From contig CM082576.2 of assembly GCA_040954595.2 (NCBI GenBank), positions 13,643,129 through 13,707,128 on the forward strand: a DNA stretch of 64,000 nucleotides, in the 5' to 3' direction. Position 1 is the stretch's first letter. Every line of letters begins with the position of its first letter. Below, piece after piece: positions 24,581 through 37,998 of the stretch. The position numbers and the translations under genes were made by a program. The notes under the pieces were generated by a model, which saw only the letters and a list, made by a program, of their open reading frames with translations, did not search any database and had not been told where the DNA came from. Source of the DNA: Balanoglossus misakiensis. Its lineage: Eukaryota; Animalia; Hemichordata.

Positions 24581-27500
24581 TTCAGTTCAAGAGTACATAC
24601 TGATATCTTCCTACTACATATACTTTGTATAGATCTGTGCCAGCAACCCAATCTCAGAGAGATTTAATATCTCACCTCTTCCTACGCATTTCAAGGCAGT
24701 AAGTTTTGTAACAGTATCTCAACACGTAATGTGTGAGAACAAATTAGAACTTGAAACAGTTTTCCAATCTACAAATCAGGTAATTGAAATTATGATTGTC
24801 GCTCCAAAAATAAGCAGTTATCGAATATGAATTAATTAATGTAATCTTGTAAAGACCCTTATGAAAAAGTCTATCACTAACACATGTGGAAATGTTTCTA
24901 GACATGACAATCAAAACACTGTATTGTAGCCAATTCGAGAATGGACTTTTGACTTGTCATATGTAATACTATAGACATATTAAGAGTAGAGATATCTAAA
25001 CTTTTTTGTAGGTATTTATTCCTAACCGATAGAATAATTACACTCTATGGCTGGCTACAAAATGTATGTTATCAACTCAAATATAAACGTTATCAATGAA
25101 GGCATTATCAATGTTCACATAAAAATCTGATAATAATCTAAAACCTGCAAGTTATCATTTGCGACCGTGCCACACTTGGTTATGTCATTTTCTCTATCTG
25201 GAATTCTCCTGTGGGAATCTTGTAGGCTGATTTTTTCAACTTTTGAGTTTTTCACTCCAAATAGTGTTTCTACTATGAAGTGCAATCATTTACAAACAGA
25301 GGAGAAGGTTGGGTTCATTACAAAATAGGGGTGGTACAAGTTGAGCTTTTTGAGAAAGTGAAAATGAAATAAATTTTTAGCTCAGCAGTTTACATCGTAG
25401 GGTTACATTAGTAAGGTCTCTATCAAAAGATTACATGACTGAAAGGCATGTTTTGCTAAAAGGAAACAGTCATTTCTCTGAAAGTATAATGTCTTGCACA
25501 GACACAGGTCTACATGTTTATCAGATAGATAACAAATACTTTTTAGAAAATTATCGAACTTGCGATAGAGATACATGTAGTAGCAAACTTAATATTCCTC
25601 AACAAGAGATATGATCTCAGAGACTGAACAAATCTTCTTTACAAATGATTTTCTCTTTGATTTGTCTTAATATTGATTTTACCGAATGATATTCTGGTGG
25701 GGGGGGGGGGGTTTTCTAAAGGATCTGATAGCAGCACTAAGATACACAAATGACTATGCAGTGGTTCCATTTAGCTCAGACATTACTCGCATATAAAAGA
25801 CAAATTTTGTACTTTTTTGGACATTGAGTTTCATCCCTGTTTTTATGTTCTTGGTAAAAGTTTCGAATCTTTAATATTAAACTGTCATTAGTTTTTGCAG
25901 GTGATTTTGTTTTGCAGCAGAGTTGTGGCTGAAAGATCCTAGTGTGTGTTTAATAGGCCTTTTTGGATTGGGCCCAGCACACAGTGATCCAGGGTCCAGC
26001 AATGATAGTATGGGTGTAGAAACAAAGCTTGCATCTCAGTTTCTGACATTGTGATGTACTTTGTGTTTGATCAGTGGTGATCAAGTTGCTGTGACAATGC
26101 TAATTTCAAGTTAAGACGTTATCTGCTGGCATTAGATAGTTTCTCAGGAAGTGTTGTTTTCTGCTGGGATTGGATGGAAATTAATTACTGAAGATGTTTT
26201 GTTGGCGTGTGGCTACCGAATCTCAATTTTAACATCATCTGTGATGCAATCCATATTTTCTTGAAAATCATGAACTACAGTTTTAGTCTGTCACGGTGGA
26301 GTGAAATCTGTATGATATACTACTGACAAAAATTCATGCATCTGTCTTTCCAGCAGTGTTCGGCAATTGAGGGGACTGCACATCAACACACTTTTAGATG
26401 TATAATACTGTGCAACAATATGGCGGACTCAGGCCCAGTAGCTTGTAACAGACACCCACCTACAATGTACCCTATCCATGTCGCAAGATTTTACCTGCTA
26501 CGTACAGCCAAATCTGAGTCGCATCTTCTGTCTATCTCTTTCTCGGAAACTTCCATACAACCGCATTGTCACTGTTTTACTGTATTCATCTTTGATAAGT
26601 AACAGCATCCCTTTGCGCACATGAAAGTTGCTCATGTAAGTCTAAGAGACCAAAACCCAGCCAGGGGGCTAGTGAAATCCGATTTGTTGACACCAAAGGA
26701 TCCCCATCAATAGATAAAAAAAAGTAAGTCGCGACGAAGTGGGATCACCAAGCTCTGTTGTTAATTATTTATCACAGCTGAGGATTTTGAACAAACGCAA
26801 ATATCCTGGATGCAGAGTGATTGGATTTATAAGTTTGAATGATGCATGTGGCTGCTCTACATGTACAAATCACAGCGTAGTCGTCAGACATTTAGCGTAC
26901 ATGTATCTGGTGCATTGTGACCTTGTCGATACATGTACATGCCCTGCAGGGCATAACGTGTTACAGTGGCAGTTACGATACCTGTGGATTATACTGGGAT
27001 TTTGCACTGAAATTGGCTCTTTGAATCACATTTTGTCTACCTCATCCTTTCTAGTAATGTCAGCGAAGAACTAGAGCAGGTTGAAGAAAAAGTTTTGTGT
27101 GACATCATAGAGGGAGCTGTTTCAATAAAGATTTCATCTTGTTTGTCAACCGCAGAGATTAGTTTAGTTTAATCTGTGGGGGGAGGGAGGGAGACAGTTG
27201 GCTGTAAGAATGTAGAGGAGGGATGTAAGGCAAGTATGATTGATAGAAGGAAAGAAATAGGGAAAGGTAAAAAAACAATAGGAGGGGGGACAAAACAAGA
27301 AATCAAGATATCACAAGCATGCATACTTCATTGTGTAATTGTTGAACCCTTTCAGCCATATTTCCTTGTTGATCTGATAGATCCGACCGTTCCATTAAAA
27401 TAATTGTGGGGGGTAGATCTTTATTTGGTGAGAAGCATGTACTGTACATGAAGATGAACATTGCTTTCAGTGATGTGGTGTTCATCGTCAATGCTTGCGT

Positions 27501-30500
27501 TGGTTGGCAACATGTATTGATGTTTTTAAAACGTTTAGAGATATTCAGTATTTGTAATTATTCAAACATTTCAGACTTAAGAGTTTGATGCGATTGTAAA
27601 TAGTGTATACTATGATGGTTATTCATTATCAACTGTCCAGGGTTGATCAGTCGAATCAGTTAAGTGCACCATGTGATCATATCTTTATACTTCATGTCAA
27701 TTTGAGATCAGATCTCGCTTTTAAACTGAAACTTACAAGTTCTATGTTTGGATGACATTCCTGCGATCAGGAATAAACTTGCCAGCAATTATCATCTGGA
27801 CTGTAACGCTTTGCATGCTCCCACTAAAAAAATAATCACATCCCTGTTTCCATGTTCAAAATGTCCAACATTGTCATACCTGAGCTGATTGTTTGTTGAG
27901 AAAAGCGCACGTCGTTACATCCCTGGCTTACGTTTTAGCTCCTTTGTTGCCATGGTAACTCATACGGAGACTTGTCGTAATGGTTATACTGTACGAGGTT
28001 CGGTGACACCGTCCTTGTAGATATATCTCTGTAATCAGAACTATAGGCTCCCGTTTAGAGAGTTTCGATTACTACGAGCATTTCCAAATATGAAATATTG
28101 ATATGTGAGAACAATAGTCACCACTGTCTGGTGAACTCCAGTGGAGCTTGACATTGATGTATGTCAATCAAGAGGTTAATATAGAAATGCGAACATTATT
28201 ATTTCTGTGATGTTGCATTTGATAATTAAGTTTAAACCTGGTTATAATGTTATGCAAGACTGATCTTCAAAAGTATCACTGTCAACTCAGACAATACCTA
28301 TAGTCAGGAGATAGTAATATTTGGTAATATTTGGAACTTAATAACGATAAAAAATCCACTGGCACACTTATGCAACTTTTATACTCCACTGACCATTAAT
28401 TAATTTCATCTCCGATTGTGTAGTTGCAATACAGTATTATTTTGTACCTAGCATAGTGTATTAGAGAGACATCATCGTTACGTCTTTAAAATCAGTCTTT
28501 GTTAGAGACCCATACCACGAATATGCGTAATGTCGTATGGGACCCATACAGTCTTGGAGCTGTTTCCTCTGGGTCTATGCTACGACGAAGTGCATCTTAA
28601 CATCAAATATACTCAGGAATGTGATCAAACTATTAACAACTTGAATTATGCTAGGACTTACTCTACACTATGTGTTATACACTGCACTGTCTGTGACATT
28701 TACAGCGTAGCACTTGCTTTGCCTATGGTTGATTTGGAAAATATTTTACTAACTCTTAGTTTTTAGGATAGATTTCTTTTTATTTTCTGTGATTATTTAC
28801 ATCTTCATTGAAAAACTTATCAATCGCTTTATTTGCATATGCTCAGCATATGATAGAAGAAACTTTTAGAATAACTTAAGGAATGAAACTGTGTACACAC
28901 TTCAATGAGAAAATATCACTAATTTCACAAAGGTGGTATACATATTATTGTAACTAAGGTAACTTTGTAAGTGTTACATCCATCACGGCAGTCAATATCA
29001 GAAATGACAAGTTTATGTGCGTCAGTATTTGTCAACAAAATTTCACAAATATGTTTTTATATTAAAAGTTGTCTACCAGTTCATTTTGGAAGTGTCCAGA
29101 CTTCGTTGTTGAAATTCATTGCTTTGATGCAATGACATTTTAAATGGTGCTATTTTAATAGTGGAGTGAAACCTGTCTAAACCGAACATTGTTTACATTT
29201 CAACCAGTATGCACTGAACACCTCTTGGTGTCCAGATTAGACAAGTTTTGCTACATAAAGATCTTTTGACGTCTGTCGGTAAAGTTCAATTTTCCTGTTT
29301 CAGTTATTCATATTATGTGAGATACATGTAGTAGTTGTTAATCTGAACTGATGTACCATAATTTGTCAGAGATTGCTGCATTCTGTAGCAGTGTAGTTCA
29401 GTTTAGTGTAGTGTAGCACCTAATACATGTAGCTCAACCGGTATTTTATATTATCTCTTGTGATTTCAGGCCAGTCAAAAAATACATAATCATGTTCAGT
29501 GATTGCCATTTTATGGAACCTTTCCGTAATCAAGTGTGTTTTCCTTGCTGTAATCAGATTTTAATTGATTCTTTTATTAATACATTCATTTACACAACAT
29601 TATGAATCTTTTGACATTAGTTATAGTTTTTTTAATAAATCAGAGTCATTAACTGTTAAGAGTCTTTTGTGTGTGGATATGTCTTCACATTTTCATATTT
29701 GTAATAACAGTTCCTTATAATAAACAGTCACTGAGAATACCCAAAGTGCAAACTGGTGTCCCCATGAACAGACGAAGCACCTGTTACATGCCTTCCTCTG
29801 ATTGGCTGATGGTCCTGTCAATCATGATGACACTGAGGGGGTATACTGAACGCTTTAGCGTAGCGCAGCCAGCGGTGGGATTGGGGCAGGGGACCAGACT
29901 AAGGACATCCTGGGCGAGAGGCACGGGATCTGCAGCTAAATATTTCACGTGGTTAATCCAGGGATCGCACACTCATTCCGTGGAGTTTCAAGTCTGAACA
30001 CTGTGCGTCATCAGTGTCATAGCCTTAACGAGGACAGCGTGAAGTGAGTCAGCCTTGATCATTCAAGTTTAATGACAGAGCGCAACGTGCCAGTGAAGTG
30101 GCGTTCTATTGCTTATACAAATAGTTCCCGACAGTGATTGATATATCGACAATCACGTCGTAAATCTCCTGTGCTGTATTAGCCACAAGGTCATTACCGG
30201 AAAATTGATGGGCAAACTATATCATTAAAGTCAAACAATCACCGCCCAGCTCATCACCAACTGTGTATTGTTGGGTAGATTTACAATTCTGTTGAACACC
30301 TGTTTGAATAGACTGCACGATAACCCCTCGATTAGGGCGTGTCTGGTACCAGTGATTTGATTGGCTGTTATCAAGTTATTGGCATGTTCGTCATCGTCCG
30401 ACAAACCATTTTTTACATGGGTAGGGGCAAACTTTCACGCGTCAAAATCAATTCCTTTTTTACATTGCGTGAACAGTTTCTATCATAAATTGATAATTTT

Positions 30501-31727
30501 TGTAAACTGTATTCGCAAACTAATTATTTTCGCAATGATTTGCGAATGCTGACAACCTATGTACGCATATCACGCGTCGCTACCCGAAACCACAAGCTCA
30601 GTCCCAAATTCGAAACTCACCTCTCTACTAAAAACACGCTCAAGGCAAGCATGCACGCAAAAAAGTATTGAAATTATTTATTAAGACAAAAAAAACACCG
30701 AAAACACAAAAGGTATTGAGATTTAAAAATCACCAAGCGACTAGTGGGCTAGTCTACTGTTTGAAGTGCAAACTGGCAAAGAACTGTCTGCCTGAATTAG
30801 TGAGAAAGGTTACTATCCAGTGTCATTTTTTCCCGCTGTCACCTATAGTTCTTGATTTGATATGGTTGATTGTGTTGGGAGAAATGGCGAAGTTGGAAAC
30901 AATAATTTAACGCCAAGGAATATTCACTATGTTACAGCAAACAAACTGCGCAGGGAAACCTTGTATAGATATACAGAAGCACGCCACCTTTGGCAGCGTC
31001 GAAAAAAAACTGAAGCCTGTATACAGACACACAAGTACAAAGGCCAACATGTATGTCGTGCTGTGTATGTTCGATATTCATCAGTATCGACAGATTTTCC
31101 GGTATATGTATGCATTTGATCGAATGCTAAAGACATTTTGGCGAATCGCATGATAATCTTATTTGTTGCTCAGTGGATGTACACCTACTGAACGGTGATG
31201 TACAAACTACAAACCATTTGGAGACTAAACGCTTTGAAGTTTACAGTTGTTGTCATACCTGATACGCTATGAACGTCTCCGAAGGTAAGCTGTGAATCAT
31301 GTTTAGACAGTGATAATTATAAAGCATTCTTTTTATATACGAAGCATGGTGGTAACAGTTATAGAACTTAATAATTTCAAACATAACATGTGAAGTTGAG
31401 AAAACACTTATAGCACGTTGAACTCTGGGACACTTCTCACGCTCACTCTCATACCCCCTCGGCCCTCCCTAAAAATAATGGTGTACTCAGAAAAGTAGCG
31501 AGGGGTTTCACTTTGTGCTAGGGGGTCAAATCATATTATAATAATTGCATTCTGGGTTAAAAGTCGACAACCCACTGTAGTAAGAGCTAGACGAAATGAT
31601 ATGTTTACTGTATTTCATTACTTTCTTTGATCAAACATTTCTGCCTTTGTAGTTAGCATATTAAACTTTTTCAACTTATTTCACATTTTGCTATTTTTTC
31701 TGCTATAAAGTTTCAGAATGACCCAGT

Positions 31728-32050
31728 CTTTATTTATTTATTTATTTATTTATTTACACTTTTAACGAGCGTCCGATTTACCCATTGAGTATACGGGGCT
31801 CATACAATACAAGAAAGTAAAACACAAATCAAATTACATATTTATGTTACTTTGAAAAGTATACAAATTACAAAGGTAACTTGGAGCATCATTCGACAGA
31901 CATTTGTATACCATTACAGCAAGAAAATAAAAGATGCGTTGTCTCACCGATAAAACATCTGTTATAGCGAAAAGATCAACTGATGAGAACTCGTTTGGAA
32001 ATTCAAACAACACACGCAAAGCTCTCTTTTGTAAAATAAATAACTTATCT
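31728..32050 (-). mobile_element. 3' end fragment of a CR1/L2-group LINE with (TAAA)n tail
   Basis: The minus-strand peptide VLSVRQRIFYFLAVMVYKCLSNDAPSYLCNLY is typical of L2-group ORF2 C-termini. It is followed by (TTTA)n on the plus strand at 31728-31756. Confidence 0.7.
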
Positions 32051-33929
32051 AGATTTTGCCCTGTCGTATTACCCCCAAACGACGATACAGTAATCGATAG
32101 AACACTGAATTTAGGTTATGAACTTCCATTGCAAAAATCGGCCATCTTGAAATTGTGTCGACCACATGAGATTTTCATCCCTCACCTAGGTGGCAAAAAC
32201 CTATTTAAGGTAGTGAGGGTCCAGGATCAATTACTTTACAGCTCAACTAAACGACTTCTACGTTTGGGTACAAAATATCACAGCGATCATAAGACTGAAA
32301 TTTTAATGTTCTATGAGCAGTCATTTCTCACGAGACCGTCAATGGACAGTCTGATTTGCACTTGCCTACCATAATTTGACTTGTCAAATTCCGACGAGTG
32401 CCTTTGAGGAGGGGCAGCCTTTGTGAAAGTTCAAAGATTGTATAAAGACTGTATATTTGTCTCAATTTTAAGTAAGTTTAATTTTGGGGGATATAGCGCT
32501 TCGGCACGGTGAGTTTATAATGTGTGTTACTGTGATGATTTTTGGGGGACTACATTTTGTGCGCCCATGTATACATGACTAAAGATTTAGAGCCAAGACT
32601 CTCAAATACAGGGAGTACCATAAGTATGGTAAACACACAAAAATATTTACATGTACAGGTACAATAAGTAGTAGATTATATGGTTGTAAATAAGCATTAA
32701 TTAGCTCATAAAATGGATAGTTTGATAGTTAACTCATGTGAACAATGCAAAAATGGCAGCTTATGGGGCTTTAGGCCTAAATTGTTTTGCGACTGTTACC
32801 ATGGTTACGGTTGACAGATCAATAGCCATGAAAACACAAGTGTTAGCGGTATTAGAAACACATTGTTTAAATTTGGAATGAATACTGCTGACTGAAAACA
32901 ACTTCGCAGGTATGTTGCATGTTGAAGACGCTTTCTCGGAAAACATCACAGTGAAAATATCCCTTATCTTAGTTTCGGTACGTGAAGTACATGTAGGTAC
33001 TCGGAATGTCTGTGCCCGTACTTGTCCTGGTCGGGGTCAAAGACCGACCGGCTTTTTAACGTCACCATTCATGTACGTTTGAACCCAAATAAAGACGATA
33101 AACAGGTGGTTCCAGGTATTGGAGCTAAAAATAGTGTAAGTTGCGCCAAGGGGAATTTTGCTGATAGCACCTTGCCAATTTGAATGTTGCGCGACACGTG
33201 AACAATGGACTGAGATTTATCACACTATTGTCGGATTAAAGATGTGCCATAAAAGATGTTCAACTCCATGGGTCTGCAAAAATGTTACTTTTCCGTTTTC
33301 CCGACGATATTTTTTGTGCCCATAATAATTCTGTGATTTTACATAAATTAACTCTCAATACAAATAATCATAATGCACACATGTTGAAGACACGAAAAAC
33401 TACAGTCGTTCACTAAAAACAAACACACAAACTATTGTTTGCATAGTGTCTATACCAATCACATGACGTTTCGAAACCGAAACTTTCAACATAACTCAGG
33501 GGAAGATAGAAATAAAGTTTAATAATAAAAAACAACACGATTTCAAGAGGATTTCGAGAAACCTCTGGTATCAAAAAACCCTAAAAATACAACTACATAC
33601 ACGTTCAGTGCACCAACTATGTACTCCATTCAATAAATCTGGGTAAGAATAGTCCCAGAACCAAGGACACCAAATTTCAAAGCAGTGGGGTAATCCGCAT
33701 GCTATCTGTTTCAAGTCCTGTCCACTATGTGACAGTATATTTCAGTTTAAGTTCCTGCAGATAGCCTTTTAAATTAAATTCTGTTAAAATTACTTCGGAC
33801 CGCAAAGTGCGCGTCACACAGATTTGATATGAGCAGGTCTCTGTTTCTCATTTTGGCCAAAATATTTCTTTCTCGAAAATATTGCTGCAGAACGTAATCA
33901 ATTTTGTTAAAAAATAGAATGTTACATTT

Positions 33930-34440
33930 TTAACAATAGCTTTGTTAAGTTTTGGTCAAAATGCACTATCTTTTGATATTGGCTTCCAACAATGGAAACA
34001 AGTCTGCTCAATACTTCGAAGTTAGATACATATCGACTTTTTAAAAATAATCTTGTATTTGAGCAGTATTTATGTGTCATCAATGTAGAGATATTCAGAA
34101 GGACTTTATGTAAATTTCGAGTGTCAAATCATAATTTGCGTATAGAGAGTTATGTAGTACAAATCAAATAGAAAACGAATTTCATTTTTGTTTAGTTTGC
34201 CCCTTATACGAGGACTTGAGGAAACGTTTTCTTCCTTCTTATTGTCATGCCATACCAACAGAAGCAAAAATTATAAATATCCTTAGTTCTCAACACCCCA
34301 GTACTATTATAAATTTATCCAAGTTTATTTTTTACAGTTTCAAACGAAGAGAAAATTTGCTACAGGATATTACAGGTGTGTATGTTTATTGTATCGATTG
34401 TAAGGAAGGCCGGTGGCCTATATTTACCGAATAAACACTA
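33930..34440 (+). mobile_element. Degenerate 3' end of a non-LTR retrotransposon ORF2 with 3'UTR
   Basis: Frameshifted translation SKLDTYRLFKNNLVFEQYL..FRRTLCKFRVSNHNLRIE..CSTNQIENEFHF..VCPLYEDLRKRFL (C-terminal Cys/His motif), followed by AATAAA near 34430. Confidence 0.75.
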
Positions 34441-34477
34441 TAAAACCCCGGGGTGGGAGGGGGCTGCACATTCTAAG

Positions 34478-37173
34478 TTAGCGGCGGAGTCTCATGATGT
34501 AGAACCAAACATCAAACACAATAGCGATTATCACAGCGAAGGCGGCAAATATATACGGAAAAACGGGATCTCTTGCATAAATTTCTCTAGTAATTACTTC
34601 AGAAAAAATAATTTCTATGTGTTTCACTGCCTTTTGAGATGCCACACATTTTACTTCAACATTATTTTCATCTTCACGAAGCTGATGAATAACAGTTTTT
34701 AGTTGTTCTCTATTATAAACGTCCCATCGGGATTGGGACTGGGTTGGCCATCGCTGGTGTTCACAGGGTTTCCGGCAATAAACAGTGACAGCTCAGCAGC
34801 TGGCTTCGCTCGTTGCACTGTACATTCGATGTAATACTGAAAGGGTGTGTCGGTACGTTCTATTTTGAAAGACGGCTCCTGGATGGGTACTTATAAAAAA
34901 AGAAATATGAAAAACGCTGTTAATGTAAAGCCTTAGTTTATATTTAAGTTCTTACACATCACGTATTATCTTAAAGCAATTTTGATCCGATGAGTTTTAC
35001 TCTGCGAAGAACATATTTATATTGATACTGTGCTTTTACATGCAACAGAATGGTTTATACTTAAAACGGCAATGTTCAAGTTGACAATCACTTTCAATAC
35101 TGTACTGAAGACGTAGCCTAGAAATTCAGTTTTTGATTTTTATTACAACGAAATCAAACAGATTGGATGCAAGATGAAGGGAAGGTTACATGAGATCAAA
35201 TACATGTATAACCGATAACTGATAAAGTATATTAGCCTTAGTCATCCTGCGTCACTCCACACTCACCTATTACTTACACATAGGCTGTCCCAAATGTCCT
35301 TTCTTATTTGCGAGGCTATTACAATGTATTTTGATGACCGAGGGCGCTGCTAGTCACAACAAAAACAGTCTTGTTTTCCCGAGTTTGTCGAGAATATAAA
35401 ACCCGGCTCCAGCCAATCAGCGAGCTTGATTCACACCAAGCATATTATAATATGCTATACAGCGACTACTTTTAAATTTAAAGTATTTACCAAAGAAACT
35501 TTGGTATGGGTAGTTGCCCATTCAGGTTAACAAGTCTGGGGTCTTCGTGTAAATTGACTAATAAATAGACTAGCGTTGGGATTTTAGAAGTGAGCCATGC
35601 TTTCCCTCCTTTATGGCTTTGTATTCTGTGTTATGTAGCATAATAGCAGGCAGGTGACAGGTTAAGCATAGTGTCAGTGTAAACCTCTTTTCGCAACCTT
35701 CATACCGAAGTTACCTGTCAACGCTCCCATGCAACAAGCCCCCCCCCCCCCCCCCCAACAAAAGGCCTATGTGGGCATTGAGAACTGTGGTATACGGCAT
35801 ATATACATGTAGTTCGGGGGGTAAGAAACGGAATATTAATTGTCCAATCAAAGATGGGGGTGTGGTGTAACTGGCCAATGAAAAATTGATGACGTAATGG
35901 TTGTGTAGCCTGTTCGTGAAACAAGCAATATCATTCCGCGGTCTCATTTCTTTCGTTTTCGGTCTTTTTTTCAAAATGGGATGAACATATGCAATAATAA
36001 CAGAACCCCATGGCTCGATCGTGCAAGCACAGAGTACCGGGATTATTTGCATCGAGTGACTGGCGGTGTATTCTTGCGCCCGTGGGGGGGGGGGGGGGGC
36101 AGCAAGAATACACCGCCAGCACGAGTGCTGTCATATTATAATATTCAAATTGCCTTGCAAATAAGAAAGGATAGCATAAGTGACGGCCATGTACCTCTAA
36201 AAAGTAGTTTTCAAAAGAAAAATGGCAATTTTAACAATATATTTATAATTTTTACCAATCATCTGATTTTAGCCTGTAAATAGAGACATTGCACAAAAGA
36301 CTGAAAGGAAAAAGGCACACTAGCAAAACACTGTTGTTAAATAGACAAGACGAGCTGTGATAATTACCGATAATTGTGAGATTTGCTCTCTGACTTTGTG
36401 GTGACGCCTGAATGTTTGAGCACTGCCATAATCCTTCATCCTCGGTCAAATTGACGTTTTCAATCTGAAGATTGTACTCGCCAACCAGTGGATTTCCTTC
36501 AATGCTGCATCTTTTCCGAAATATCTCCATGCCATCCGAGACAAGCATCGGTACTGGCCTTACTGATGTCCAGTTCACGTGGTACCATGCTGCCATGGTT
36601 GAGTGTGTCGGCAAGTTAAATTGGCAGTACAAAATAGTCGTTTCATTCTCCTCGCACTGCGTGTCCTCTGGAATTGTCATCCATGTGACAGATCCTGGGA
36701 AAAATACATGTTAGACGTGTTATAAGTCAACCGAGTCAGGAGATCAACACGATCGGTCGGGTCCAACTATCCGCCCCTTGATCAGTCTATGCGACACTCT
36801 ATTCTACTCGAGTCTGTATCTAGTCCTATATTTTTATTATGGTGAAAGGGGTTACTAAATTTCTCAACGTCAACACCCTATTGCAGTACTCAGGAGCGAA
36901 CAGGGGATTGGAACATCGGAATAAAGTATTTCCTGTAACAGAATTACTTGTCTTTGCCGCAGTTCATACACCCGTCATGACTGTGAATAGTCAGTTGTCT
37001 GTTCATGTCTGTAAACATAAACTGAAACACTACTAAGTTGAATAAATACTGATAAAGACCTGGATAATTAACATACTTGATTCAATCAGTATAAAAGTTT
37101 CGTACTTACCCATTACACAGCATACAAGAGAGAACATCAGAGAGGATAAAATGGCGAGGGTGTTGCCACTCAT
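34478..37173 (-). pseudogene. Signal peptide-IgV-IgC2-TM short-tail cell-surface protein (nectin/CD80-like layout); exons 37173-37110, 36694-36368, 34889-34478; frameshift at ~34700-34720 (pseudogene, null allele or assembly error)
   Basis: Exon 1 is MSGNTLAILSSLMFSLVCCVM|gtaagt. Exon 2 is a V-set domain (TILYCQ..AAW..GEYNLQIENVNLTEDEGLWQC). Exon 3 reads VPIQEPSF..YIECTVQRAKPAAELSL..PNPDGTF, then TAA at 34701-34699, while another frame continues KTVIHQLREDENNVEVKCVASQ..VFPYIFAAFAVIIAIVFDVWFYIMRLRR*. All junctions are phase 1. Confidence 0.8.
35317..35455. repeat. Short interspersed repeat, partial copy of the element at ~39110-39470
   Basis: The ~60-bp string GAGAATATAAA.CCCGGCTCCAGCCAATCAGCGAGCT.GATTCAC.CCAAGCATATTATAAT occurs in both places. 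Confidence 0.7.
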
Positions 37174-37299
37174 AATGAAGATACTCTTCCTTTAAATTCG
37201 TCTTAAAACTAGAAAACAATGTGCCAACGGGTGAAACAACTTGCCTCTCAAAGCTGCTCAAATCACAACTCTTTGCGAACGAGTTCAATTGCAATCGTG

Positions 37300-37500
37300 T
37301 ATTCTTGTAATTGTTAGAACATTGTTGTGGTGCACTTCTATTGTTCTGCTATTGCCTGTCTGTAGTCTTCACCCGGCCCCTGCCCTAACTTCATTGGTAA
37401 CAAAAATCTAAATCTTGAATCTAATATCACTCCGCCCACTTTGACAGTTTTATGCTGTTTTCATTGCGCGCATGCCCAGTCAGGTTTTTTTACACATAAG
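37300..37500. promoter_or_regulatory. Candidate bidirectional promoter between the two divergent Ig genes
   Basis: Lies just upstream of the minus-strand ATG (37173) and 5' of the receptor exons. Contains GC boxes (CCGGCCCC, CTCCGCCC), ATTGG and GCGCGCATGC. Function is inferred. Confidence 0.4.
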
Positions 37501-37998
37501 GATATGTTTGATAATCAACGCGATACTGAGCTCTATACTTTCGAGATCAACATCAGACGTCACTTTTTGGTCTTTGCAAGAAACACTTCTTTTTGGGGAT
37601 TTGTACATTCAAGTTTTGCTACGTCATCCATAGTAAAATAGGACGAAGCCTATGCATGAAGATGAGATGAATCGATCTTTTCCAACAACACACGTCCAAA
37701 GTTAAGTAATTGGCTACGAAAATGTAAAGATTTATAAGTTCCTACTTGGAGAAATCTTAAATGTTTAAATGTGCTAAACCTAAAATTATTGAGCAACTAT
37801 TCAGACGTCTATATATTTTGTATTTGGTGTGTGTGTTTTGTTGTTTTTGCTGGGCTCTCATTGTTGTTATCGTGGAGCTGATCATGTGAAATATTTGCCC
37901 TATGGATTTTGGAATCTAGGTGTTTTTTGGCACAATCGCTATGAATCGCGGGTAAACATCTTCTCTCGAAATGGCATAGAACAAGGTTTGATATTACT

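Noticed and set aside
31980-32006. CTGATGA...GAAA as a second hammerhead (also CTGAAGA at ~35104)
   Set aside because: No convincing stem II or stem I pairing. The first lies within antisense LINE coding sequence.
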